A DNA stretch of 64,000 nt from an uncultured virus (IMG/VR IMGVR_UViG_3300026185_000029) (IMGVR_UViG_3300026185_000029), one strand, 5' to 3'; shown: positions 36,092-46,015, counted from the first letter of the stretch. A program made the numbers and translations. Notes: generated from the letters alone by a model not told the origin.

Positions 36092-37282
36092 GAAAGGGCA
36101 TATACCTCCTTCTAGGAAGAATATGTGTCTTGAGATACTACTCTATCCTTCAAGTATATTGAGGAGTAATCCTGATATCCGATTACCTTCTGAACAAGAG
36201 AGTGAGACCACCGAGAACTAAAAAAGGTAATACCTAGATAACTAAACTTATAGAAGCTAGTGCCCGTAATGAGGCCTTGTATCAAAGCCTTAACATCTGA
36301 TTCTAGAGGAACTAAGATTAGGTGTTAGAAGATAGATAGGTTAAAGCTATTATATAAGGTTCAACCTTAAAGACCTCATACCTTAATTGAGTATGTACAG
36401 TAAAACTAATATCCCTTTGGAAAGGATATTGGAAAAGGTCATATTTTATCTAATACTAGTTAATAGATAGAATATGGAGTCCTGGAGTTAGTATCACTTC
36501 AGTTAATATACTGTTCCTAGGTATATTAAATAGATAAGCATGTGGCTTATAAAGTTAAGGATGTAGACGATCCTTAAGTATTAGTAGTAATACTAATATA
36601 TACAATTTGTTAGAACTAACTATAGACTGATCTTCTATAATGAGTAGTTCTAGTTTTGTAGGTTTGAATTAATAAACCTTCTTAAATAGATAGCAGTATG
36701 TTCATTTAGTAGGCCCAGCGAATGAACTCAATACTCTATAGCTAGAAAATGGGGTCTATACTCTTCTTAATTTAAGTAGAGATTAAGAAAGGGCGAAATA
36801 CTAACTATCTACTTAGTGTCTACCTGATGGCTTCTAAGGAATCATAGACAATTTATAAGAAGTCTAAGTCTTCAAACTGGGAGTAATAGTTTGGAGGCGA
36901 TATAAATCTCCCTCACTGCATCCAATTAATCCATTACTGGATTTAATAAAGTCATCTAATCGGCTGGATGTAAGTACCTTTAGATTAGTGAGTTAATCTT
37001 TCTATATAGTCTTTTAAAGGATTATATAAGAGATTAACAAAAGGAGATTTTACTAGGGGCAGAGGACTCGGTAAGGAACTATCTTATTTTAGAATGAGGT
37101 GGGTGTACCTTTAATGACTTCCAAACCCCTAGTGTAAATCTTTAACAAATGGATTGTACAGGTCTTTATATAGATCTGATAGAGTTTATTGGAGCTTATC
37201 AAAAGTATGGTGGTGATTCTTATCGGGATATGAAAAAATAGACATTTTAATAGCTTTAATTAAAGCAGAAGAATTGTCGTCT

Positions 37283-37372
37283 ACAAATGTAAGAGGGTTT
37301 AAATCTAGCTATTATTTAATTAAAGAATAGTAAAGTATCTAGATATAGAGGGTTCGACTCCCTCCATTTGTA
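37283..37372 (+). ncRNA. tRNA-like element (acceptor + T arm, long hairpin)
   Basis: ACAAATG/CATTTGT, GAGGG-TTCGACT-CCCTC. Confidence 0.6.
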
Positions 37373-37404
37373 TTGTCCACTAATACAAAGAAAAGGAAAC
37401 AAAA

Positions 37405-37836
37405 ATGATTTATACTACACATGAATTGATTCGTGTATTAGATGAAAGCAAAACCTTTGAATGGGTCAAGTTATTCCCCAAAGATTCTGAAGTCAATATT
37501 GTCAATCCCAGTCTTGAAAAAGGTTGGCATAAGGACTATTCAGTATATAGTCGTAAGGAACCTTTACATAATCCCACTCGAAATGATATCCAGGAAATCC
37601 TTAATAAGACTATATCTTACGAAGAAGCACTAGAATTATCCAAAGAGGAATTAACTAATATCTTCGACCTAGGACATGCAGAAGATGTGCTATCAGTTAG
37701 TACAGATAGTCCTGTAACCCGTTGCTGGGTAGCGCTGACTGCAGACAATCATGTAGTCGTACAATACGACCCTCTTCAGGGGGATAGCTATACTACCATT
37801 ATTATGGGAGGTCATTGGGTCGTTCCTGCAGAATAA
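37405..37836 (+). CDS. Hypothetical protein
   Basis: 143 aa, AAGGA RBS. Confidence 0.65.
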   Translation: MIYTTHELIRVLDESKTFEWVKLFPKDSEVNIVNPSLEKGWHKDYSVYSRKEPLHNPTRNDIQEILNKTISYEEALELSKEELTNIFDLGHAEDVLSVSTDSPVTRCWVALTADNHVVVQYDPLQGDSYTTIIMGGHWVVPAE

Positions 37837-38008
37837 GTATCAATCGAAAGCAGAGGTGTGTAAATATATACACCTCTATCTTTTTTCTTTAAAGAATCTA
37901 AAAGTTGGAGAAGATGAAGGAAGGAGGCGTTTTATTAAAACCTTAACTTCATAATAAATTGTACAGGTCTTTATATAGATCTGATAGAGTTTATTGGAGC
38001 TTATCAAT

Positions 38009-38434
38009 ATGACACTTGACTTGAGTTGGGCTGAATATTTAGAAAACTACGATACTATACAAGTTGGAGGTGATACTTACCAAGCTTATCTATGGAATAA
38101 TGAAAAGTGGCATATCTATAGGACCAACGGAATCGGGGGGACTTACCAGGGAGAGGTACTCCATAGTGAAGAGATTAATACAGCTGAGAAAGCTGTCAAA
38201 TTCATACTGGCCCAACAGGTCACTAACTGGGCTCAGAAGTTAAATAAAGAAGAAGAAATCCATAAGGATGGATTAACGCTTCAGGTAATCCTTTACGATT
38301 GTGATTCTATAGCTTACTGGCTGGTGTATCATCACGATACTCCAACAGGTGAGCCTTTACAAGGTGTAGTGCCCTGGAGTGAAGAGATTGACACAGCTGA
38401 GAAAGCTGTAGATCAGATCAAAAACTTTCATTAA
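38009..38434 (+). CDS. Hypothetical protein with internal two-fold repeat
   Basis: QG.V..SEEI.TAEKAV occurs twice; GGAG RBS before ATG 38009. Confidence 0.7.
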   Translation: MTLDLSWAEYLENYDTIQVGGDTYQAYLWNNEKWHIYRTNGIGGTYQGEVLHSEEINTAEKAVKFILAQQVTNWAQKLNKEEEIHKDGLTLQVILYDCDSIAYWLVYHHDTPTGEPLQGVVPWSEEIDTAEKAVDQIKNFH

Positions 38435-38471
38435 TGCGGCATAGGGTTAGTATCTCCTATTTAAAAGATAC

Positions 38472-38537
38472 AAGCTTTGCTAGGTGCAAATCTTATTTGA
38501 CATATAAGGTTACCTGTTCGATTCAGGTAAAAGCTTT
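38472..38537 (+). ncRNA. Degenerate tRNA-like element
   Basis: AAGCTTT/AAAGCTT, ACCTG-TTCGATT-CAGGT. Confidence 0.5.
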
Positions 38538-38654
38538 TATTAAGAATTGAAAGAGCGAATAGATGTCTAACTTAAATTGGAAAACTACTACTTTCTGGTA
38601 TAGCTCTACTGAAAGACCGGTGATTACTTATTGGGCTACTCAGAGAGAAGCAAA

Positions 38655-39290
38655 TCAGCAGATATGAGGGGGTATACAGATATAGACTCCTGTTTGATCT
38701 TTCTTAGTTGAGTTAAAAGGAGATATAATTATAGACTCACCCCAAATACTATAGTCCATTTTAACCCCTTTACTTTCTCTAGGGGTCAACTGACCTATAC
38801 AGAGGAAGCCCTCTTCAGAGAGTTTTAAATGAGGAATAGCTAAGTATAAACCTATTAAGGGCTCTGATATATCGTCATCTTTGAAGGGAGAATTTATCTC
38901 TCTGAGTAGTGGTGGTATTTCAGTAGTAGATTGAGTAGGTATAGCTATTAAGTTAAAGCAATTGAAATGAAGCATATAGTGGTAGTAGCTTTTATTACTT
39001 CTAATAATTAGTAATTGAGGCTTTCTATCTTCTATATAGCTAATAGTTGCTTTAACTTCTTTCTCTTCAGGGTATCTAGTATGTTCGATATTTTCCTGAG
39101 TGAAGTGGGACTCCATATTGAAGGGTAGACCTTGAATATTGATACAAAGAGGTTTATTAAGCATTTGATAAGTAAAGAAGTGGTTGCAGAAAAAGCCTAG
39201 GGGTATGGACGAATGATTAGATTGGAAGTAGAGTTTAAAGATGGAATAATAACCTTTTATGATTTTGATACTAAAGAAGGTGCAATGCAA
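38655..39290 (-). CDS. Hypothetical protein (start uncertain)
   Basis: 211-codon ORF co-directional with, and downstream of, paralogue 3. Confidence 0.4.
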   Translation of the reverse strand: MHCTFFSIKIIKGYYSIFKLYFQSNHSSIPLGFFCNHFFTYQMLNKPLCINIQGLPFNMESHFTQENIEHTRYPEEKEVKATISYIEDRKPQLLIIRSNKSYYHYMLHFNCFNLIAIPTQSTTEIPPLLREINSPFKDDDISEPLIGLYLAIPHLKLSEEGFLCIGQLTPRESKGVKMDYSIWGESIIISPFNSTKKDQTGVYICIPPHIC

Positions 39291-39364
39291 GCCATGCTAT
39301 CTTTAGTCAAAGGAGGTACCATCAAGAAAATCTTATTGATTATGGATAATACTTAATGGTAATT

Positions 39365-39805
39365 CTATAATCCTTTTATATAAGTGAAGAATAATCCTTT
39401 ACTTATATACTCAATCTCTTTGGTGGTGAAACCTGACTTATTAGTTCTCACCCATATTCTCTCGGTACAATCTAAGCCTTTAAGATCTGTCCTTAGTAAA
39501 ATACCCTGGGTACCAAATAGGTGTGGTTTAGGGAGTAGATCTAAATCCTTTAATTCAGATAATACTTCTTCTTTATCAAAAGTCTGAGTAGGTGTAAGTT
39601 GCCAGTAAGCGAAGTCCCATATACCCATGAAAGATTTTAAGCCTTCTTTGTACATTAGTATATCTATCTGTATTGGCTTATAAGTTCTGGAAGTAATTAT
39701 GGATGCCTCATATTCAGGAAAAGGATGATAGGCTTCAGTTTCATATAGTGAATTTATGAGGGGTAAAACACTTATTCCATTAATTGCTAATTTTGTATAT
39801 GTCAT
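39365..39805 (-). CDS. Hypothetical protein
   Basis: 146 aa, immediately downstream of paralogue 3. Confidence 0.55.
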   Translation of the reverse strand: MTYTKLAINGISVLPLINSLYETEAYHPFPEYEASIITSRTYKPIQIDILMYKEGLKSFMGIWDFAYWQLTPTQTFDKEEVLSELKDLDLLPKPHLFGTQGILLRTDLKGLDCTERIWVRTNKSGFTTKEIEYISKGLFFTYIKGL

Positions 39806-39838
39806 CTAGATTAGGTTTATTAACCCTTTGATAAAAGG

Positions 39839-41281
39839 TTAAGAAGGGATTGAATATGTAAGGGTAGTAATTATACCTAAACTTTCAGCTCTTTCTTCTA
39901 CTAATTTCTTCAGCTTCTTTATTAGGGGTAACCTTCTGGATCTCTTTTGAAAGTTAATAGTAAGACCATCAAACTGGTAAGAACAATTTGTCATTTCTTT
40001 TGAACTAAGACATAGATCAAAGATGGGTTCTAATAAAAGCATTTCTAATTCATTAGCCTCTTGGCTAAGAATAGATGTAAGGTTAGATTCGAAGTATCCA
40101 TCTTTATCTGTGTAACAATAAGGTTTCACCTCTTTCCCTAGAGGAGTAACGTGAAGCTTCTTAGACCTAAGCTCTTTGAGTCTTTTATTCCTACCCTCTT
40201 TGACGGCTATAACTAAAGGATGTTTGTAGAACTTCATGAAGGGAGTGTAACCAAATACTTGAGTCATACCTACTTCTAAAGTTTTTAAGCTCATGCCGTA
40301 TATAAGACCATAGAAGAAATCTTTGAGTTGAGCTTTAAGAACTGGATTAGGATATTCATAGCCCATAGCTGGAAGGAGTTCTTCCCAAATACTCTTACCT
40401 GTAGAAAGAAAGTCTTGTATTTCTTGAATATTCCAAAGCTTAGCTATTATGGCTAGATGAGCGTTTTGAATATCAACTTCTACTGAGTCTTGGGTCAATA
40501 TATGTCTTAAGTGGGAATGAATTCCTTGTAAGCCTTTATTAATCTCAAAGAGTCTGACTGTATTTCCTTTAGAACTAGGGACGTAAAAGGGTTGAGGCTG
40601 GCATATAAGAGATTCAATAATATCTCTTTGATCCTTTTGAGCTGCTACATTAATAATAAAGTTACCATTTGCATCCTTATCGTATAAAGCCAATTCAGCT
40701 TCAGGGATGTGCTTACAGATAGAGGAGAATTTATTAACGGGTAGATCGTTTAGATAGTTTTGAATTTTAGTGGCTACTTCAGGCATATAATGCATTTTTG
40801 ATATAATCTTTGCGTATTCTTTGTCTTCTTTTCTAATGGCTCTTTTGATCTCAGGAGTTAATATATTACCATTTTCTATTAACACCTTACGATTATTTTT
40901 ATAAACCTTATCTCGCTCTCGCTCTATTAATCTTTCTATCTTTGAAGAGAAATTAGGGACTGCATATCTACACTTTGAATTGTTATAATCATATTCTATC
41001 AGCTTATATTTAAACACTTGAGTTCTAAACTTTTCTATGTAGTACAAAGCACAGAACCTATTATTATGGAATTCACTCATAGCCTTAAAATCAAAGGCTA
41101 TATGTCTCTGACTAATCGGTATTCCTAATACAGTAACTCCGTTATCATCAGCTACCTGATGAGCTTTACAAAATAAAAGTCTATCTATATGACGCCAGAA
41201 CAAATTATTATTTTGTAACCCTGGATATTCTTTTAGAATCGCTTCTCTAAAAACCTGACTACATATTCTACGTAGAGCCAT
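39839..41281 (-). CDS. Family-A polymerase-like protein, paralogue 3
   Basis: VEVDIQNAH, KAQLKDFFYGLIYGMS (compare PolA AKAINFGLIYGM), SYQFDGL. Confidence 0.72.
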   Translation of the reverse strand: MALRRICSQVFREAILKEYPGLQNNNLFWRHIDRLLFCKAHQVADDNGVTVLGIPISQRHIAFDFKAMSEFHNNRFCALYYIEKFRTQVFKYKLIEYDYNNSKCRYAVPNFSSKIERLIERERDKVYKNNRKVLIENGNILTPEIKRAIRKEDKEYAKIISKMHYMPEVATKIQNYLNDLPVNKFSSICKHIPEAELALYDKDANGNFIINVAAQKDQRDIIESLICQPQPFYVPSSKGNTVRLFEINKGLQGIHSHLRHILTQDSVEVDIQNAHLAIIAKLWNIQEIQDFLSTGKSIWEELLPAMGYEYPNPVLKAQLKDFFYGLIYGMSLKTLEVGMTQVFGYTPFMKFYKHPLVIAVKEGRNKRLKELRSKKLHVTPLGKEVKPYCYTDKDGYFESNLTSILSQEANELEMLLLEPIFDLCLSSKEMTNCSYQFDGLTINFQKRSRRLPLIKKLKKLVEERAESLGIITTLTYSIPS

Positions 41282-41678
41282 GGTATAATTAATTTATGTG
41301 AATAGTTTATATTGATCATTATACCTTCTAACTAATTCTAAAAGTTAGGAGGTAATTTTTATATAGACTACAGAAACGTTATAGACTCATATAAATTAAT
41401 TTGTCGAGAAAAAAAAGAGGCTCAAATCGCTGTATCTATTGTTATACTTACAGTATAGGGAAATGGGTTGCGGTACAGTAGAAATGAAAGGGATGTGAAG
41501 AAGGAATGAAGAGAAGGAGAGAACCCCTAAGAGTGAAGGTGAAGGAAAGGAACCCAAGGATGAGAACCTAAATTTCCTCAAAATCCTTTCAGTATTGGCT
41601 TCAACTTTATTAATCTTTTTTCTTTAGTTTAGAGAACGTTAATGTAGCTTAAGAGTTAACGAAAGGAATGATTAAGAG

Positions 41679-43118
41679 ATGTCAAATCGTATAGTCTTTC
41701 AACCATTAATAACTTTTAAGATTAAAGAGATATTAAAAGTCATGTTCAAGAAAGAAGTAATTGAATTCCTTAACCTCCTTGCTTTTTTTAAAGGAGATTG
41801 TACTGCTTATCTCGTAGGAGGAGCAGTACGTGATGCTCTATTAGGAGATAATAACCCTAAGGACTTAGACATTGAAGTCCATGGAGTGACCGAAGAGCAG
41901 CTATTAGAGATTGCTAAACAATTCGGTAAAGCTTCTTTAGTAGGCCAAAGCTTTGGAGTTATTAAACTTCAACATCCTAAGTTAGGAGAAATCGACCTTT
42001 CTTTACCCCGTAAAGAGAAGAAGGTTTCTCAAGGTCATAAAGGATTTGAAGTACAAGTAGATCCTTACCTTGGCATTAAAGCTGCTTTAAGCCGTAGAGA
42101 CTTCACGATTAATGCTATGGCATGGAACCCTTCTCAAGGTCTTGTAGATCCATTTAATGGAGCAGTAGACTTAGAGGGGAAAGTATTACGTCATGTATCC
42201 GATCAATTTGCTGAGGATCCATTGCGAGTGCTTAGAGGGATGCAGTTCTGTGGGAGATTCGGTCTTACTGCTGCTCCTGAAACCATTGAATTGTGTAAGA
42301 CTTTAATGTCCGAGTTTCATACTTTGGCAGTAGAACGAGTATGGATAGAATGGGAGAAATGGGCTACTAAGTCTATTGTTCCTTCTAAAGGTTTGCAATT
42401 CTTAGCGGACTGTGGGTGGATTCAGTTCTTTCCAGAAGTAGCTGCAATGAGAGATACTCCACAAGATCCTACGCACCATCCTGAAGGGGAAGTACTCTTA
42501 CATACTGCTTTAGTATGTGACGCAGCAGCTAATATTGCTAATCGTGAAGGTCTTTCCAAAGATCAACAATTAGTATTGTTAATGGCGGCTCTCTGTCATG
42601 ATATGGCTAAACCTGAGACTACTGAGTTTATCGGTGGTCGATGGAGAGCTATTGGTCATGAAAAGGCAGGTGGTCAGGTAGCATTACAGTTCCTGGAGTC
42701 TTTAGGAGTTCCTAATTGGCTGCCAGAGAAAGTGATTCCTTTAGTAGAGAATCATTTAGCTCATTGCAACCCTGCTACTCCTCGTATGGTCAGACGATTA
42801 GCCAAGAGATTAGGCAAAGCTTCTATCCAGGAATTAGCCTGGTTAGTCGAGGCTGATGTAAGTGGTCGTCCTCCGTTACCTCAGTATCTCCCTCAATCCA
42901 TGAAGGATATTCTAGGGCTTGCTAATGAACTTAATGTCCAACAGGAAGCACAGAAACCCATCTTACAAGGACGTCATCTAATTCAATTAGGTATGAAACC
43001 TAGTAAAGAGTTTAGTGTTATCCTAGCTAAAGCTATGGAGGCTCAGTTAGATGGTGAGTTTAGTGACGGAGAGGAAGGTATTGAATGGTTACAATCAAAT
43101 GTAATTGTTCAAGCCTAA
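41679..43118 (+). CDS. cca: CCA-adding tRNA nucleotidyltransferase with HD domain
   Basis: YLVGGAVRD..KDLDIEV, RRDFTINAMA, FAEDPLRVLR, HHPEG..HT, ALCHDMAK; start may be ATG 41742. Confidence 0.93.
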   Translation: MSNRIVFQPLITFKIKEILKVMFKKEVIEFLNLLAFFKGDCTAYLVGGAVRDALLGDNNPKDLDIEVHGVTEEQLLEIAKQFGKASLVGQSFGVIKLQHPKLGEIDLSLPRKEKKVSQGHKGFEVQVDPYLGIKAALSRRDFTINAMAWNPSQGLVDPFNGAVDLEGKVLRHVSDQFAEDPLRVLRGMQFCGRFGLTAAPETIELCKTLMSEFHTLAVERVWIEWEKWATKSIVPSKGLQFLADCGWIQFFPEVAAMRDTPQDPTHHPEGEVLLHTALVCDAAANIANREGLSKDQQLVLLMAALCHDMAKPETTEFIGGRWRAIGHEKAGGQVALQFLESLGVPNWLPEKVIPLVENHLAHCNPATPRMVRRLAKRLGKASIQELAWLVEADVSGRPPLPQYLPQSMKDILGLANELNVQQEAQKPILQGRHLIQLGMKPSKEFSVILAKAMEAQLDGEFSDGEEGIEWLQSNVIVQA

Positions 43119-43193
43119 CGCATTAATGGTTAATATCTCAATCCTTCATATTAGAGGGATTGAGATAGATCCGTTCGATTCGGAATATGTGTA
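43118..43193 (+). ncRNA. tRNA-like element (sister of 27409), directly after cca
   Basis: CATTAATGGTTAATATCTCAAT..ATTGAGATA, TCCG-TTCGATT-CGGA. Confidence 0.6.
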
Positions 43194-43197
43194 TTAT

Positions 43198-44451
43198 TTA
43201 TGCTCAATGTGTTAGCATAAGAGTATGATTGTATTAGAGTTTAAGGCAAGAACTAAACCTGCTCAAGAGTCAGCCATTGACGAGGCAATTCGGACGACTC
43301 AATTCATCCGAAACAAAGCTATTCGTTACTGGATGGACAATCGCGGGGTGGGAAAGTATGACCTCAATAAGCTTTGTAAAAAGCTCGCTGAGGAGTTTCC
43401 GTTTGCCAAAAGACTCAACTCAATGGCTAGGCAATCAGCCGCCGAACGTGCATGGTCTGCAATTAGTCGGTTTTACGACAATTGCAAAAAGCAGGTTAAA
43501 GGCAAGAAAGGCTTTCCTCAGTTCAAGAAGAACGTCCGTTCAGTGGAGTACAAAACCACTGGCTGGAAGCTTCTAGAACCAAAGCACATCAAGTTTACTG
43601 ACGGCTTTGAGATTGGAGAGCTAAGACTGATCGGTACCTATGACCTTGCTCGATATGATGAGTCGCTGATAAAGCGAGTCCGTTTAGTGAAGCGGGCTGA
43701 CGGTTACTATGTTCAGTTTTGTCTTCAAGTTGAGGTAAAAGAACAGGTTGAGCCTAGTCGAAACACAATTGGCCTAGATGTTGGCTTAGAGAATTTCTAT
43801 ACCGACAGCAACGGGCATCAAGAGCCGAATCCTAGGTTCCACAGGAAATCCGAGAAGCGACAAAAACGTCTTCAGAGAAGGTTGTCCAAAAAACAGAAAG
43901 GGTCGTCTAATCGAAGGAAGGCAAGACAGCGACTTGCTAAATTCGCCCTCAAGATAAGTAGGCAGCGTAAAGAACACGCCAAAAGACTGGCGCGTTGCGT
44001 AGTGACCTCTAACGATGTCATCGCCTATGAAGACTTAAGGGTTAGGAATTTAGTTCGCAACCATCATTTAGCGAAGTCAATCACTGACGCTGGCTGGTAT
44101 CAGTTCAGGGTATGGGTAGAGTATTTCGCCAAAAAGATGGGCAAAATCACAATCGCTGTTGAGCCTGCATATACTTCTCAAGAATGTTCAAACTGTGGCG
44201 CTATCGTCAAAAAGTCTCTGTCAACTCGTACTCACAGCTGCGCTTGTGGGTGCGAGTTGGGCAGGGATCATAACGCTGCAATCAACATCTTGAGGAAAGG
44301 CTTGGCTACCGCAGGGCATGTGGGAAGCTCGCTGCTAGACAGTGAAAACGCTTGGGGAGATATGACCGCTTTTCAGGTTGGCTCCGGCCAGCTTGAGAAA
44401 GTCACGTCAAAGAACCAAGAATCCCCGCGCCTTTAGGCCGGGGAGTGTCAA
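43198..44451 (+). mobile_element. IS200/IS605-family element carrying tnpB only
   Basis: Left hairpin TTATGCT..AGCATAA; right end AGAATCCCCG..CGGGGAGTGTCAA; no tnpA; GC-richer than the flanks. Confidence 0.8.
43225..44436 (+). CDS. tnpB: RNA-guided endonuclease TnpB
   Basis: RuvC-I IGLDVG, RuvC-II IAYEDL, Zn finger CSNC..CACG, RuvC-III RDHNAA; catalytic residues intact. Confidence 0.93.
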   Translation: MIVLEFKARTKPAQESAIDEAIRTTQFIRNKAIRYWMDNRGVGKYDLNKLCKKLAEEFPFAKRLNSMARQSAAERAWSAISRFYDNCKKQVKGKKGFPQFKKNVRSVEYKTTGWKLLEPKHIKFTDGFEIGELRLIGTYDLARYDESLIKRVRLVKRADGYYVQFCLQVEVKEQVEPSRNTIGLDVGLENFYTDSNGHQEPNPRFHRKSEKRQKRLQRRLSKKQKGSSNRRKARQRLAKFALKISRQRKEHAKRLARCVVTSNDVIAYEDLRVRNLVRNHHLAKSITDAGWYQFRVWVEYFAKKMGKITIAVEPAYTSQECSNCGAIVKKSLSTRTHSCACGCELGRDHNAAINILRKGLATAGHVGSSLLDSENAWGDMTAFQVGSGQLEKVTSKNQESPRL

Positions 44452-44628
44452 GGTTGGTATGATGAACTTGCCCGTTGGGGAGCTTGTATGAGATCTCTCA
44501 ATGAAGTAATAGGCAAATTCCGTCACCTTGCAGGTAAATATCCTAATAGTCGGTACAAAGGTTTAGTACAAATCTTTGATTACTTAATCACTAAGGGATA
44601 TACGATCCACACTTCTCGCATTGGCTAA
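44452..44628 (+). pseudogene. Probable 5'-truncated ORF abutting the IS right end
   Basis: Open frame GWYDELARWG...TSRIG* begins exactly after TCAA. Confidence 0.45.
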
Positions 44629-44640
44629 TACTAAACAACG

Positions 44641-44895
44641 ATGAGCAGAACATACAGAAAGCGTCCCGGTGGGTATAAGTTACACAGGAGTCCTCGTACT
44701 AGAAGTTCCTTCAAGGGGTTTTATATAGCTTTAGAGAAACTCCGTGAAGCAGGGTTTGAGCCTCCTAATAGAATGAAGGCTTTTGGGAATCCTGGTGGTC
44801 CTCTAAATCCTTTAAAGTATAGTCACAAACCTTGTGCTGCTATCACTGAGTTGCCCAAGCTGAAGTTAAACGGTGAGCCTGTTTATGGGGACTAA
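44641..44895 (+). CDS. Small basic MSRT-start phage protein (paralogue of 45667)
   Basis: MSRTYRK...L.EAG+.P.NR+KA shared. Confidence 0.7.
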   Translation: MSRTYRKRPGGYKLHRSPRTRSSFKGFYIALEKLREAGFEPPNRMKAFGNPGGPLNPLKYSHKPCAAITELPKLKLNGEPVYGD

Positions 44896-45235
44896 TAATT
44901 CATTCAAAGAACTCTATGTTCTTATTAATCAGGAACGGGTAGGAGTCCTTAGATATGATTCTTTGATTTATACCTTTAAGTATTTAGAGGAAGCTAAGAG
45001 AATATATACTAAGCCTCCTATCTTTAACTTTCCTGAGTGGGATAAGAAGTATAAATCCAAGGAACTATTTGCAGTCTTTGTGAATAGAATCATTAATTCT
45101 AAAAGACCTGATTACGACAGAGTAGTTAGGGAATTAGGATTAGATCCTAACAATTTAGATCTTATCGAGTTTTTAATAAGAACTAAAGGAATTAGGCAAA
45201 CAGATAATATCTCCATAATGCCAATCAAAATCTAA
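44873..45235 (+). CDS. Stand-alone HipA N-terminal-like domain (HipS-like) protein
   Basis: LYVLIN..RVGVL...YTFKY...SKELFAVFVNRI...RPD...EFL..TKG....DNI. Confidence 0.7.
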   Translation: MSLFMGTNNSFKELYVLINQERVGVLRYDSLIYTFKYLEEAKRIYTKPPIFNFPEWDKKYKSKELFAVFVNRIINSKRPDYDRVVRELGLDPNNLDLIEFLIRTKGIRQTDNISIMPIKI

Positions 45236-45566
45236 GGGAAGGTAATACTTATGTACATTGTAGAAGTCATATGGTCTGATGGGGACGTAGAGAAATATGA
45301 GTTTTAAAAAAAGGATTCGTGGGACGGTACTAGGATTAGAGTTCTTATTATGAATTAGATAAAGAAGGTATTCGACATTAATACATTAGATAAAGAAGGT
45401 ATTCAACATTAATACATTCACAGTTGATCCTAAAAGGTCTATAAGAGATAATTTCTCTTTATTTGTTGCTCGCTACATTTCTAAGGAGGAGGAGGCAATC
45501 CCCCTAATAGTCGAAGGAGAATTAGTCGGTTGGGTTATCAAACCCAAGTTCGAGTAACAGATATTA

Positions 45567-45633
45567 AGGATAAAAGAGTAAGTCTTTGCTGTGTTTATAT
45601 ACCGGCATCCTGGGGCAGATCCAGGTTATCCTA
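45567..45633 (+). ncRNA. Degenerate tRNA-like element
   Basis: AGGATAA/TTATCCT, CCTGG-GGCAGAT-CCAGG. Confidence 0.45.
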
Positions 45634-45666
45634 TGTTCATTTTTCATTATGAGGCATTAAGTTATT

Positions 45667-45900
45667 ATGTCTAGAACTAAACGCTTTGTTCCACCTGTTA
45701 AGAATCACTACCAAGGTCGTAATACAATGCGGCGCCAATGGGCTCATAAGAGTTACTCTGAAGAGCGTAGTATCTTGGAAGAGCTGATCGAAGCTGGTTA
45801 CCCTCCAAGTAATCGATTAAAGGCTCGTGCAGGTAAGCTACCGATAGAACATGATGAACTTAGTTCTATCCGGGAAGTACACCCCTCCCAATGGAATTAA
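45667..45900 (+). CDS. Small basic MSRT-start phage protein (paralogue of 44641)
   Basis: MSRTKR...LIEAGYPPSNRLKA. Confidence 0.7.
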   Translation: MSRTKRFVPPVKNHYQGRNTMRRQWAHKSYSEERSILEELIEAGYPPSNRLKARAGKLPIEHDELSSIREVHPSQWN

Positions 45901-46015
45901 TTAGTTAATTCTTAAAAGTAATAGAGATTTGTTGATGAGTCTATTCATCATTCGGATTACGGTAGGTGCAATTTCTACCAAAGGTATTGATAGTTAATTA
46001 GAAAGAAAAGAGGGA

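Noticed and set aside
36100..37280. RNase P RNA or group I/II intron
   Set aside because: No GAGGAAAGUCC/P4 signature, no domain V, and no interrupted host gene found
39365..39805. LAGLIDADG endonuclease
   Set aside because: Only a weak TNKSGFTTKEIE resemblance; no LAGLIDADG helix
45251..45420. Small broken ORF and 31-bp tandem duplication
   Set aside because: Too short and degenerate to interpret
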